Of a stretch of DNA of 64,000 nucleotides, positions 8,646 to 17,615 are shown one piece after another. The stretch's first letter is position 1. Every line of letters starts with the position of its first letter. Under the pieces are notes generated by a model. It searched no databases. It saw nothing but the letters and a program-made list of their open reading frames with translations, and was not told where the DNA came from. Origin of the DNA: a virus (Duplodnaviria > Heunggongvirae > Uroviricota > Caudoviricetes); the IMG/VR virus record IMGVR_UViG_3300027692_000003, one strand, 5' to 3'. Both the position numbers and the translations under genes were made by a program.

Positions 8646-9979
8646 CAGCCACCCCTAAAGCGCTGACGGCGTGGACGGAGCTGAACGACCGGCAGCAGGG
8701 AACGCTGCGGGTCATCTACCAGATCGACCAGGCGAACGAGAAGTGGCGGCGGCAGCGCGGCACGAGCGGCAGCTACGACACGTCGCCCGCGTCGGAGTGG
8801 CGGCGCATCGACTTCGCGCACGACCCGTCCGGGCTGGCCACGACCGATATGCAGCTGCGCCTGGACACCGCGGGCTGGCATAACCAGGGGAACGGATCAA
8901 CGGTCGCCGCGCTCGCTGACCGTGGCATGCTCACCCGCGGGGAACGCGGCACGCTTCTCGGGGTGATGCTCACGGTCACGCTGACCCGCGAAGGACGCGC
9001 AGCCGCCCGCGCCGGGCTGTCCCTCCAGCCCGGCGGCGCCCCGAAAGCGGGGCTCCGCGAACGCGCGTGGGAAGTGCTCGCGCTGCTGTGGGCGGCCGGG
9101 CAGCGCGGCGAGACCCTGAAGTGGGGGTACTCGGCGACGATCGAGTTCGTGCTCATTGCCAAGCATGTGCCGGCGCTCGCCGAGCGGGTACCCGGCGGTT
9201 ACACGATCACCAGCCGCGGCCAGGACTTCTACCGGCAGCAGTACGCCGCGCACACCGCCGCGCACCCGGCCGTGCGCGCACCCCACCCCGACGGAGCAGC
9301 CGCCGAGCCGTGGCCCGCGGACGCCGGCCAGATCCTGGCCCGGCACCGCCGCCGCTACACGGAGCTGAGCATGGCATGGCAGGCCGAATGGGACGCGCAC
9401 AAGGACGCCGCAGCCGAAGCCAGCACTGCCGCACCGGACACGGGCGCTCTGCCCGTCGTCGTCGCCCAGATGGCCGCGGCCCGGCACCAGCTGTGGTGCG
9501 GCACCGCACAGCAGCGTGCGGCCCTGGCCGCCGCCCAGGCCGCCGAGCTGCACACCCTGGCCACCCGGGCGGCACGTACCTACGCTGTCGCGGCCCTGGC
9601 CGTATTCCGTGCCGCCGTCACCCGCACCGACCCGCTCGCCGGGCTCGGGGAACCACGCGACGACGACACGTGGGATGAGCCGCGCCTCGAGCCGCCGGCG
9701 GTAACCGGCATCCACGCCATCGATGAGCCCGCCCGGCGGCTGCACTCCGCTGCCGTCGGCGTGCCGGTGCCCCGGCGCGGCCCCGCCCCGAAACGGCGGC
9801 GCTCCAGCCGTCCCGTCACGGCACCGGAACGACCCGGCCAGCAGCTGGCACTCCTGGCCGGCTTCCTGAAAGAGCACACAGACGGGGGTGCTCTCCTGCG
9901 CCGACTCCACCCGGATTGCGGGGAGACGAAGGGCTGCCTAGAGCCAGCCGAAATGCTCAGCGGTATTACGCAGGACTGA
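8642..9979 (+). CDS. hypothetical 445-aa protein translationally coupled to int (ATGA overlap)
   Basis: The start ATG overlaps the int stop. Ala-rich, no recognisable domain. Confidence 0.6.
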   Translation: MTATPKALTAWTELNDRQQGTLRVIYQIDQANEKWRRQRGTSGSYDTSPASEWRRIDFAHDPSGLATTDMQLRLDTAGWHNQGNGSTVAALADRGMLTRGERGTLLGVMLTVTLTREGRAAARAGLSLQPGGAPKAGLRERAWEVLALLWAAGQRGETLKWGYSATIEFVLIAKHVPALAERVPGGYTITSRGQDFYRQQYAAHTAAHPAVRAPHPDGAAAEPWPADAGQILARHRRRYTELSMAWQAEWDAHKDAAAEASTAAPDTGALPVVVAQMAAARHQLWCGTAQQRAALAAAQAAELHTLATRAARTYAVAALAVFRAAVTRTDPLAGLGEPRDDDTWDEPRLEPPAVTGIHAIDEPARRLHSAAVGVPVPRRGPAPKRRRSSRPVTAPERPGQQLALLAGFLKEHTDGGALLRRLHPDCGETKGCLEPAEMLSGITQD

Positions 9980-10104
9980 GAGTTGCAAAGTACCCTCCAA
10001 ATATTCCAGAAATATTCACGGGGCGCCCCAACCTTGTGCTGGCCAGAATGCCTGTAGGTTCCGGGGCGGATCTTGCAGTGGAGGGTGGAGGTTCCCCGCG
10101 AGGG

Positions 10105-10135
10105 CTGGGCCGCTCTTGTCCCGGCCGGGCCGCTT
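10105..10135 (+). terminator. GC hairpin (cccggccggg palindrome) followed by TTTT
   Basis: gtcccggccgggccgcttttacacgg lies ~130 nt after the 445-aa ORF, inside a 375-bp non-coding gap between convergent operons. Confidence 0.35.
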
Positions 10136-10355
10136 TTACACGGCATCCCGGGAATCAGGCTGGCGGGGGCAGCCGCCCTCATCATAGCGAGCGGGGTGTG
10201 GCTCACACGCCGTCCGGAGTGCTGCTACGCCCCGCTAGGCCGGCCCATGTCCGGCACCGAGGCGGGGAGACGCGGGAACCTGGCGTCTTACCCCGGCTAG
10301 CGTCTTGCGGTAGCTCCCCAGCGGTAATCCTGCGGTCAGCTTAGCGGCCCGTTGC

Positions 10356-10790
10356 TCATCCCGGTGACCGGCCGAACCCGGCGGTCGATCCCCACTCGTC
10401 GATCATCGGCGTTTCCTCTGGGCTCCACGTCACGCTGACCGGTATGCGGGGCACGCACAGAGCGCTCGAACGCTCCCACCTGTGGATGCCGTTGCTCAGC
10501 ATGACCGGTCCGTCGCCTTTGATGCACGCCTCCGGCGCGAACTCGTGGCGGATGCCCCCGGCGTCGCTGATGAGGCGGGTCATGGTCTCCCGGTCGAAGC
10601 CCGGTTTGTGCTTTTCCCACAGGTGCGGATCGGCGGCATGCTCGCGGACTGTCCGCAGCCGGTCGGCGGTCGCGAGGTAGTGGAGCCAGTCCCCGATCTC
10701 GGACGTGTCGTACCACTTGTGACAGTCGCACTCTTGCCCGCTCACCGCTGCTCCTCGCTGCTGTCTTCTGGCTGGTCCAGCACGATCCAC
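10356..10790 (-). CDS. hypothetical protein
   Basis: ORF ...WYDTSEIGDWLHYLATADRLRTVREHAADPHLWEKHKPGFDRETMTRLISDAGGIRHEF... An alternative overlapping frame (10336-10884) looks like artefact. Confidence 0.4.
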   Translation of the reverse strand: MDRAGPARRQQRGAAVSGQECDCHKWYDTSEIGDWLHYLATADRLRTVREHAADPHLWEKHKPGFDRETMTRLISDAGGIRHEFAPEACIKGDGPVMLSNGIHRWERSSALCVPRIPVSVTWSPEETPMIDEWGSTAGFGRSPG

Positions 10791-10954
10791 CGGTCATGGC
10801 CGGTAGCCGAAGTGTGCTCTGATGCCCACCTGCCACGTTCGGCCGGGGTCCCGAAGGGGATGGGGAGCGGCCGGTCAGGGTCACCGCAGTCGCGGCACAC
10901 TAGCAGGTAGAAGACCTTCGACCCGGTAGTCAGGTGCGTGTCGTCAGCGTCCAC
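10742..10954 (-). CDS. small CxxC protein with acidic tail
   Basis: ORF MDADDTHLTTGSKVFYLLVCRDCGDPDRPLPIPFG... Confidence 0.4.
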   Translation of the reverse strand: MDADDTHLTTGSKVFYLLVCRDCGDPDRPLPIPFGTPAERGRWASEHTSATGHDRWIVLDQPEDSSEEQR

Positions 10955-11234
10955 GCCGCCTCCTCTCCCGAAGTGCCTGCTCGCTGTCCTCGCCGTGCTC
11001 GGGGCATGTCTTCACGGTCAGCATCCGCACCCATCCCTCGCCCATGCTTATCCCGTACAGCACCCCCAGTCCCTTCCATTCGTACGGGCAGGTGCAGCCG
11101 GTGATGCCGAGCCACGCCAGGTCATCCTCAAGGCTAATGTTCGGGGTGCCCATGCCCGCCGTCTCCTCCTCTTCACCCGGTTCCGCTGACGGCGCCTGTA
11201 CTCCCTGCCGTTGATGGGGAGCGGCCGGGGCCAT
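10944..11234 (-). CDS. hypothetical protein
   Basis: ORF ...MGTPNISLEDDLAWLGITGCTCPYEWKGLGVLYGISMGEGWVRMLTVKTCPEHGEDSEQAL. Confidence 0.3.
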   Translation of the reverse strand: MAPAAPHQRQGVQAPSAEPGEEEETAGMGTPNISLEDDLAWLGITGCTCPYEWKGLGVLYGISMGEGWVRMLTVKTCPEHGEDSEQALRERRRRGR

Positions 11235-11570
11235 GCGCAGTTAGCCCGCGCGAGGATCGCCGGGAGCCCGGCGGCCAGCCCGCGCACGTACGTGCGGAGA
11301 GCCTCGATGAGGGCGCCACAGATCTCGTCGTCAGTCACTTACCCGTCCTCTGGCCTGGGGGCTCCAGCCTGACCTCAGTCCGGTCTCCAGCCGGGTAGGC
11401 CAGTGCCAGCACGGCGTGGACGAGAGAGCCTGTTCCCGGAGCGCCCGCCGCCGCCACGGCCGCACCGACGGCCGTGCAGACAGGTTCACGAGTTCCTCGG
11501 CGGTACGCCAGTGCCATCCGGCCGACGCGGCGGCGCGCGGGAACGGCGGCTCCTCGCTCATGGCGCCACG

Positions 11571-11819
11571 CTAGCGGGTCACCATGACAGCTACCCACGC
11601 CGCGGCACCAAGCGGGATGGCGATGGCGAGGAAAAGCGCAGCGAGGAAGAGGGCCAGTCTCCACCGGGCCTGTCGCCACAGCTCAGGCCAGGTCTGGGCG
11701 CGGCCTTCAGGTGTCATCGGTGTCGCTGCGGCCGGCCTGAATCGCCCTGATGTCGCACGGCCTGCCGCATGATGCGCATTCCCACGGCGGGTATGAGTAC
11801 GTTTTCCGCCATGTCGCAC
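11571..11819 (-). CDS. small membrane protein (C-terminal TM helix; start may be internal MTPEG)
   Basis: ALFLAALFLAIAIPLGAAAWVAVMV hydrophobic segment. Confidence 0.35.
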   Translation of the reverse strand: MRHGGKRTHTRRGNAHHAAGRATSGRFRPAAATPMTPEGRAQTWPELWRQARWRLALFLAALFLAIAIPLGAAAWVAVMVTR

Positions 11820-11955
11820 CGGCTCCGCAGCAGGCGCTCTCGACCTTGATCGTCACTGCGTCCTTGCGCCTCGGGAGGACCTCCCGGAAGGGGGCGCCGG
11901 ACATCTGGGAGAGCGGGAAGCCTCCGGGTGGCCACGGATGGAGTTCCTCGCTCAC
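11707..11955 (-). CDS. hypothetical Cys-containing protein
   Basis: ORF MSEELHPWPPGGFPLSQMSGAPFREVLPRRKDAVTIKVESACCGAGATW...CASCGRPCD. Confidence 0.35.
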   Translation of the reverse strand: MSEELHPWPPGGFPLSQMSGAPFREVLPRRKDAVTIKVESACCGAGATWRKTYSYPPWECASCGRPCDIRAIQAGRSDTDDT

Positions 11956-12145
11956 GACGCCACGCTAGCGCGCCCGGAACGCCGCAGGTACCCGGCAGCC
12001 TCCCGCGCGACCGCTCTCTGCTCGATGCGCTTTGCCGCCCTCGCTCCCATCGACCCGCCACCCGAGCAGTCCGGTCCCGGCTCACGGCCGGCGCGTGTAC
12101 CGGGGCAGCAGCCTGGCACCTGCCAGCGTCCCAGCATCCGCGCCA

Positions 12146-12835
12146 TCACGTCACCGGGTGCATGCCGGGAGCGTTCCGCGTCATCACGAGCCGGTAGTTG
12201 TGCGCCTCTACCGCCTCGTTCACCAGGTCTGCCGTGTCGAGCGTCCCTATGAACACGTCCTCGTAGTGGTCTCCTGCAGGGGTCACGGCGTAGATGGTCC
12301 GGTCGTTGTGGGTGCCGGTACGCCAAGGCAGCGAGGAGAGGTCGGCGGGCTGCGCCGTGGCCTGCCGCTGCTCGGCGTAGCCTCGCAGCATCTCCAGCAC
12401 CTTCGCCCGCATGTCACCTAGCGTGGGGCCGCACTCCTCCAGAGCCCGGACCCCGATGCCGTCACCTTCGCGGAGCATCCCGAGCAGCAGGTGCTCTGTC
12501 CCGATGTAGTTGCAGCCGAGCGGGAGGGATTCCCGCAATGCCAGCTCGCAGGCTTTCTTGAGCCGGGGCGTGAACGGGATGTGGCCGCACGGCTTCTGCT
12601 GGCCGATGCCGATCCGCGCCACCACGGCCTCTCGCACCGCTGCCTCGGTGACCCCGAGGGCGATCAGCGCCTGCCCGGCGACGCCCTCACCCTCCCCGAT
12701 CAGCCCGATAGCGAGGTGCTCGGTGCCGATCCAGTTGTGGTTCAGGTCCCGCGCCGCCTGCTGCGCAAGCACGATGACCCGCCGTGCCCGGTCGGTGTAG
12801 CGCTCGAACATCAGGCTGTCCTCCATTCCGCTCAT
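12146..12835 (-). CDS. ClpC1 N-terminal-domain (double Clp_N repeat) homologue with ~85-aa C-terminal extension
   Basis: MFERYTDRARRVIVLAQQAARDLNHNWIGTEHLAIGLIGEGEGVAGQALIALG...IPFTPRLKK...CNYIGTEHLLLGMLREGDGIGVRALEECG is almost collinear with the ClpC/ClpC1 NTD (MFERFTDRARRVVVLAQEEAR...NYIGTEHILLGLIHEGEGVAA...). No AAA+ modules follow. Confidence 0.75.
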   Translation of the reverse strand: MSGMEDSLMFERYTDRARRVIVLAQQAARDLNHNWIGTEHLAIGLIGEGEGVAGQALIALGVTEAAVREAVVARIGIGQQKPCGHIPFTPRLKKACELALRESLPLGCNYIGTEHLLLGMLREGDGIGVRALEECGPTLGDMRAKVLEMLRGYAEQRQATAQPADLSSLPWRTGTHNDRTIYAVTPAGDHYEDVFIGTLDTADLVNEAVEAHNYRLVMTRNAPGMHPVT

Positions 12836-13197
12836 GGCGCCGAGCGTAGCGCGAGCGAATCAAGCCACTTCCGTGCCTCATCGCAGACGCCGCCATCCCA
12901 GTGGATGTGACCGCGCTCGCTGATGCGCCCGTTCCAGTAGACGCCGCACGGCGCATAGTCGGCCCGTGTCTCGTCGTCGCTGTCTTCCCACTCGGCCGGG
13001 CATGGGATCGTCCGCAGCCTTCCCGGCCGCCAGAAGATGCAGAGCGCGCCGACAGGCGGCACCTTGAGCACCACGGAATCGTTGCACCATTCATCGCCGC
13101 CACGGGAGATCCCGGGCAGCCACCAGCGGGTGAGTCCCCACGGGTAGTACCAGAACCAGCGACGGCGGTAGATGCCGTCGCGGCGGAAAGTGCGCAC
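12832..13197 (-). CDS. hypothetical Trp/Arg-rich protein
   Basis: ORF MRTFRRDGIYRRRWFWYYPWGLTRWWLPG... with overlapping stop/start with neighbours. Confidence 0.45.
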   Translation of the reverse strand: MRTFRRDGIYRRRWFWYYPWGLTRWWLPGISRGGDEWCNDSVVLKVPPVGALCIFWRPGRLRTIPCPAEWEDSDDETRADYAPCGVYWNGRISERGHIHWDGGVCDEARKWLDSLALRSAP

Positions 13198-13198
13198 A

Positions 13199-13390
13199 TC
13201 ACGAGCCTAGCGAATCCGGGTCGGCCAGCGTGATGTACGTCCGCTCGCCCCGGAGCACCCTCACGGCGTCGATGGCGTCGGCGACGCGCTGCACTGGCTC
13301 GCCCCACCGCTCCGCCAGCTTGCCCATCGGCAGGCCCCAGTCCGCTTCGGGGAGGGATGCGACCTCTTCCATGAGGTGCTCGAACGGCAT
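13199..13390 (-). CDS. hypothetical small protein (start MPFEHLMEE)
   Basis: The upstream part of the track ORF is Arg-rich artefact. Confidence 0.35.
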   Translation of the reverse strand: MPFEHLMEEVASLPEADWGLPMGKLAERWGEPVQRVADAIDAVRVLRGERTYITLADPDSLGS

Positions 13391-13392
13391 TT

Positions 13393-13596
13393 TCACGGGC
13401 GGGAGCCTAGCCGCTTCGCCTTGGCCGCCCAAGCGGTCTGGTCGACCTCGGCGATGAGCCGGGCCTGATGCTCGGCGAGGGTGATGCCGTGGTGCCACGC
13501 CGCCATCTGGACAGCTTCCGTGACGTCATGGGCGCGGTCGCGGATCCGGGCACACCTCATCTCGTCTGACATGTGCGGGAACGGGACTTCGGCCAT
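13393..13596 (-). CDS. hypothetical small protein
   Basis: ORF MAEVPFPHMSDEMRCARIRDRAHDVTEAVQMAAWHHGITLAEHQARL... Confidence 0.4.
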   Translation of the reverse strand: MAEVPFPHMSDEMRCARIRDRAHDVTEAVQMAAWHHGITLAEHQARLIAEVDQTAWAAKAKRLGSRP

Positions 13597-13770
13597 GACC
13601 CCAATCCTCCCTCATCACCGGTGCTTTCAGCGCTCACCCCGCCTCGCACCACTCCCGGTGGCACAGGTCAGTGCAGAAGTACAGGTAGTCCCCGCCAGTC
13701 CACGGGACGCTCAGGTTCTCCGGGTGGATAGTCTCGCACCAGTCGCAGGTCCGCATGATCACGCTGGGGT

Positions 13771-14115
13771 TCATCGCGGTTCCAGGCACTTACTGCCCGC
13801 ACCGCAGGTAGCGGCGTCCGGGCACCAGCTGCACGGCATGACCGGGTTAGAGCACATCTCCCCGTCCGGGTGACCGAAGCGCCCGCCGCCCCTGTGGTCC
13901 GTCCAGCCCGCATGCCGTCCCTCAGTGCAAAGCTCACAGCACTGCTCCTCCGGTTCGCAGTTCCGGCCGTGGAACTCGCAGCACTGGGCAGCGGGGCGGC
14001 CGATGGCCAGCTCATAGCCGCAGTTCTGGCACCGGGCGGATATCCCGCGCAGGGTCTTGAAAAGCGTGAACCAGCTGCACTCCTCGCACTTCGGGCAGGT
14101 GATCTCATCGCCCAT
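13771..14115 (-). CDS. Cys-rich zinc-ribbon-like protein
   Basis: CPKCEEC...CQNCGYE...CCEFHGRNCEPEEQCCELCTEGRH...CSWCPDAATCG. Confidence 0.45.
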   Translation of the reverse strand: MGDEITCPKCEECSWFTLFKTLRGISARCQNCGYELAIGRPAAQCCEFHGRNCEPEEQCCELCTEGRHAGWTDHRGGGRFGHPDGEMCSNPVMPCSWCPDAATCGAGSKCLEPR

Positions 14116-14461
14116 GCGGATCAGCCCGCCGCGAGGGGATCGTCAGCGCACGCCAGACAGGGGCCCGCCCGGAATCGGCGGAACTCAGCCCGAACCCGGG
14201 ATCCGGCACGCCGTACATGCCTGCCAGGTCCCTCAGCTCGCGGCGGAGGGGGCCGGCGAGGATCCCGGCGACCTCGGCGAGCACGCAGGCGCTCTGCACG
14301 TCAGCGCCTGGCAGTGCATGCCACTCGGCGATGACCCGCCGGGAGCAGCACGCGACGTGGCGGGTGAACTCGGCACAGTAGGCAGCCCACCGCTGCTGCG
14401 ACAGCTTGCCGTCCTCGTTGACGATGCTGATGTACAGCACCGGGTCAGCCTCACCGTTCAC
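14105..14461 (-). CDS. hypothetical protein
   Basis: ORF MNGEADPVLYISIVNEDGKLSQQRWAAYCAEFTRHVACCSRRVIAEWHALPG... Confidence 0.4.
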   Translation of the reverse strand: MNGEADPVLYISIVNEDGKLSQQRWAAYCAEFTRHVACCSRRVIAEWHALPGADVQSACVLAEVAGILAGPLRRELRDLAGMYGVPDPGFGLSSADSGRAPVWRALTIPSRRADPHGR

Positions 14462-14491
14462 AGGTAACCGTTATCCTCCCCAGCGGCTTTG

Positions 14492-15361
14492 TCATTCACC
14501 GGATGTTTCCCAGAGGTGAGCGTGGGTGTGCCGGCCGTCGCCGGGTATGCCGAGAACACCGCGAGCGAGCCGGACGCGGCTGTCGGTCTGCCAGATAGTG
14601 CCGGGCATCCCGCCGAGGTCGGCGAGCTGGAGCACGGCACGCGCCAGCGCGGTCACGGTCCCGTCATCAGGAGGCTTCCCGGTGCCCGTCACCTTCGCGG
14701 AGCTTCGCGGCCAGGCAGGCGAGCTGGCCGGGGACTGATCGCCGCCCGATCCCGGACTCCCGTCCGGCTCGAGTGCGGCGATCACCGGGGTGACGACGGT
14801 GTTCATGGCCCGGACGAGCACTTCGACTGCGGCCCGCGCGGCCTGGAGTACGCCGTGATGCGCATCGTGCGGCACGGGGATCGTGCCAGGCGGGATGCCC
14901 AGCGGGAACGCCAGCGTGATCCTGGCCAGCAGGTGCGGGGCCTGCGCCTCGTCTTCCCATGGGCCGCGCCAGTACGGTGCCTCCCCGATGACGGGCTCGC
15001 GTTCCCAGTCTCCCCACCGTGACCCGCCCTGCCAGTCCCGTGTCCCCGCGAGCGCGGCGGGCCAGGGCGCCGCTACGTCGACGGCCCCGGTCAGGGTGCC
15101 GTCCCAGCTGCTGATGCGGACGTCCGCTGCCAGGATCCTGCCGTGGCTGCGGACGTAGCCGGGGCTCATGACCGGGCCGTTCGCGATCTCCCACGCGGCA
15201 GCCGCGAAGCGCTCCGCCCGGCCGGCGAGGTCACCATCCCAGCAGCTGGCGAAGGCCGGGGCGTTCTGCCGGATGTACGCGCCGTACCGGCTCACGCCGT
15301 CGCTGGCGGACTCCCGGTCATACTGCCTGTCGATCCAGAACGCTTCATGCCCGTTGCTCAT
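14492..15361 (-). CDS. hypothetical 289-aa protein
   Basis: ORF MSNGHEAFWIDRQYDRESASDGVSRYGAYIRQNAPAFASCWDGDLAGRAERF... Confidence 0.5.
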   Translation of the reverse strand: MSNGHEAFWIDRQYDRESASDGVSRYGAYIRQNAPAFASCWDGDLAGRAERFAAAAWEIANGPVMSPGYVRSHGRILAADVRISSWDGTLTGAVDVAAPWPAALAGTRDWQGGSRWGDWEREPVIGEAPYWRGPWEDEAQAPHLLARITLAFPLGIPPGTIPVPHDAHHGVLQAARAAVEVLVRAMNTVVTPVIAALEPDGSPGSGGDQSPASSPAWPRSSAKVTGTGKPPDDGTVTALARAVLQLADLGGMPGTIWQTDSRVRLARGVLGIPGDGRHTHAHLWETSGE

Positions 15362-15544
15362 GCTGCTCGTACCTGCCTTCGTGTCGTAGGCCTGTGGGCC
15401 GTCTTATATCGCTTGTGGAGCCGCACGCTGCGCGAGCTGTCCATGGGCACGATGAAGTCCCCCACGAACCGGGTTCTGCAGCCGGGGCCGTCGCAGGTGA
15501 CGCCTAGGCCCCACGGTGTCCCGGCCTCGACGGGCTGGATCCGG

Positions 15545-15763
15545 TCAGGCACCGGGACTCCCTTCCGCCGCGAGCCGGCTGATCGCCTCGGCGGCCTCTG
15601 TGCATGCTGCAGCGGCAGCGCGAGCATCCTCGGCACTGCCGAAGTACAGGATGCACATCGGTCCGAGGTTCACGGACGCGTGGGGCTCCCCGCGCTTGTC
15701 CCGCCATGCGAGACCGAAAGCAGGCTTGCTGATGTCCGTGTGGGTGGTGGCAGTGCTACTCAT
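15545..15763 (-). CDS. hypothetical small protein
   Basis: ORF MSSTATTHTDISKPAFGLAWRDKRGEPHASVNLGPMCILYFGSAEDARAAAAAC... Confidence 0.35.
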   Translation of the reverse strand: MSSTATTHTDISKPAFGLAWRDKRGEPHASVNLGPMCILYFGSAEDARAAAAACTEAAEAISRLAAEGSPGA

Positions 15764-16106
15764 CGCCAGTCCCTTCTCCTCGCTGATCTGTTGTCACCGC
15801 GGATTCCCCGAGGAGCTCGGCGGCGATGTCCTGGTATGTGGGGCACGGCCAGGACCGCCACGCACCGGAACTGAAAGGCTCCTCGCCGTCGTCGCTGAGA
15901 TCGATAGCACAGCCGGTGCAGAAGCCTTTGTCGTCCGGGACATGACGTTCCAGCACCTTGCGGAGTGCATCATGGCACTTCCTCAGGTCCCCGGACGGCA
16001 TCGTGGCTACCGTCGCCGCGGTGAGACACAGGACGGCTATGTAGCCCTCGTTGTAGGCCTGAATGCGGGCCAGCTCGGCGAGGAGGGGACCGGGGCCGTC
16101 AGGCAT
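15756..16106 (-). CDS. hypothetical protein
   Basis: ORF MPDGPGPLLAELARIQAYNEGYIAVLCLTAATVATMPSGDLRKCHDALRKVLERH... Confidence 0.4.
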   Translation of the reverse strand: MPDGPGPLLAELARIQAYNEGYIAVLCLTAATVATMPSGDLRKCHDALRKVLERHVPDDKGFCTGCAIDLSDDGEEPFSSGAWRSWPCPTYQDIAAELLGESAVTTDQRGEGTGDE

Positions 16107-16584
16107 GGTCGCTCACCTCCGGGAACGCTTCGGGGCGAGCAGCTTTCCACGCACGCCACCCCGGGTTCGGCTCGGGGCCGAAGTCGTTGATCCGGTCCAG
16201 CAGCCGCTCCAGCGTGAACCGCTCCGGGTTGTCGTAGAACGGCCACGGCCCGTGATCCCAGGTGGCTTTCTGGTACAGCCAGCCATGATCGGCGGTTTTC
16301 ATGAGGGTCACGGTGTTCGTGCTGTCGTCCACGTCGAGCGGACGCCGCCGCATCTTCGCCCGCCACCCTTCGCGGTAATACTCCATGCGGTATTCGAGGT
16401 AGGCGACGATCATGCGGACCTCGGCGTCATCGGGGCGGATCGCCGGGCCCCTCGGGGCGTCGTCGCTGATGCACAGGGCCACCTCATACTGCCAGCGGGG
16501 GCGCGGGTGGCTCACTACCGGGATGCGCAGCGCGGCCAGCGGGTCGCTCTGGTCGGCGTCGAACGGCCAGTCGGTGTCAGCCAT
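16099..16584 (-). CDS. hypothetical protein (start MADTDWP)
   Basis: ORF ...RWQYEVALCISDDAPRGPAIRPDDAEVRMIVAYLEYRMEYYREGWRAKMRRRPLDVDDSTNTVTLMKTADHGWLYQKATWDHGPWPFYDNPERF... Confidence 0.45.
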   Translation of the reverse strand: MADTDWPFDADQSDPLAALRIPVVSHPRPRWQYEVALCISDDAPRGPAIRPDDAEVRMIVAYLEYRMEYYREGWRAKMRRRPLDVDDSTNTVTLMKTADHGWLYQKATWDHGPWPFYDNPERFTLERLLDRINDFGPEPNPGWRAWKAARPEAFPEVSDHA

Positions 16585-16813
16585 GGTCGCCTGCCTGCAC
16601 GCTTCCTGGCTGGCCGAGTACGGCGCGGCCGATCGCCTCGGCGGCCTCCCGAGTAGCCACGGACTCATGCGCGGGCTCACCCCACCGGGCACGCAGGGCG
16701 GGCAGGGTGCATGCGCAGATCGTCCACGACTGATGGATACGGGTTCCGTCGGGGCGTTCCTCGGTAAGGCTCAGGGTCGCATCCGGGTGGCTGTGGTGGT
16801 CCTGATCGGTCAT
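16577..16813 (-). CDS. hypothetical small protein
   Basis: ORF MTDQDHHSHPDATLSLTEERPDGTRIHQSWTICACTLPALRARWGEPAHESVATREAAEAIGR... Confidence 0.35.
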   Translation of the reverse strand: MTDQDHHSHPDATLSLTEERPDGTRIHQSWTICACTLPALRARWGEPAHESVATREAAEAIGRAVLGQPGSVQAGDHG

Positions 16814-16875
16814 CGGTCTTCCTTTCCTGCCTCAGAACGGCGGTTCATCGGAGTACGGGCGCTTCCGGACGGTGA

Positions 16876-17199
16876 TCACTGGACAGCCTCGCAATCACGG
16901 CAGATCCACTCGCCGGGCTTCTCCGGGTCATGTCGGCAGGTCCGGCGTTCCTCGCATACCCAGCAGGTCTGTCCGGGCTTGCAGGCGTCACCGGCATCCT
17001 GCGCCGCGGCACGCTGGTTCCTCGCTGCTAGGTCGTCGGCCAGCTGGCGGCGGGCGTCGTCCAGCGTCATCGGCCGCTCGACACGGCGGATCAGGCCCTC
17101 ACCGATCAGGGTGGTGCACTCCGCGCACGGCTGGCCGTCATCTACCGGGCTGGTGCAGATGGGCACCGGGCAGACGGTGAACAAGGTGGGGGCGGTCAT
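16876..17199 (-). CDS. Cys-rich zinc-finger-like protein
   Basis: CPVPICTSPVDDGQPCAECTT...CKPGQTCWVCEERRTCRHDPEKPGEWICRDC. Confidence 0.45.
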   Translation of the reverse strand: MTAPTLFTVCPVPICTSPVDDGQPCAECTTLIGEGLIRRVERPMTLDDARRQLADDLAARNQRAAAQDAGDACKPGQTCWVCEERRTCRHDPEKPGEWICRDCEAVQ

Positions 17200-17615
17200 G
17201 CTGGCGCCCCGAACAGGGCAAGCTGCACCGGCACGGGCACCGGGGCCTTGACCGGCTCCAGCACCTCAGGGCGTCCCTGTGCCCCGTATGCCGGGCATCC
17301 GCACCTGGTGCACGGCTTCCCGTGCTGGACGCCCTTGCGGAGTGCCTGGTACTGGCCATGCCCCCCGTGCCAGAGGGTGAGATGGCCGCAGCCTTCGCGG
17401 GCGCAGGCACCCGGACCGCCGGGGACGGACTCGCCGAGGGAGAGACGCCCGGCCAGCTCGCCCTCTGCCCTGCACATCGGCCGGCATGCCGGGTAGAAGC
17501 GGTCACCGGACCCGGGGGCGGGCAGCGGCTTGTGGCAGTAGCGGCAGGCTAGGCCAGGAGCGGTCACGTCCACCACGCACCGTCCTTGGCCAGCCCGGTG
17601 ACCCAGCGCGGTCAC
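17196..17615 (-). CDS. Cys-rich protein
   Basis: CRYCHKP...CRPMCRAE...CAREGCGH...CTRCGCPAYG. Confidence 0.45.
   Translation of the reverse strand: MTALGHRAGQGRCVVDVTAPGLACRYCHKPLPAPGSGDRFYPACRPMCRAEGELAGRLSLGESVPGGPGACAREGCGHLTLWHGGHGQYQALRKGVQHGKPCTRCGCPAYGAQGRPEVLEPVKAPVPVPVQLALFGAPA

Noticed and set aside
8897-9910. 337-aa minus-strand ORF and other ORFs antisense to the int-coupled 445-aa gene
   Set aside because: Arg/Gly-rich composition. They overlap a gene with proper coupling to int.
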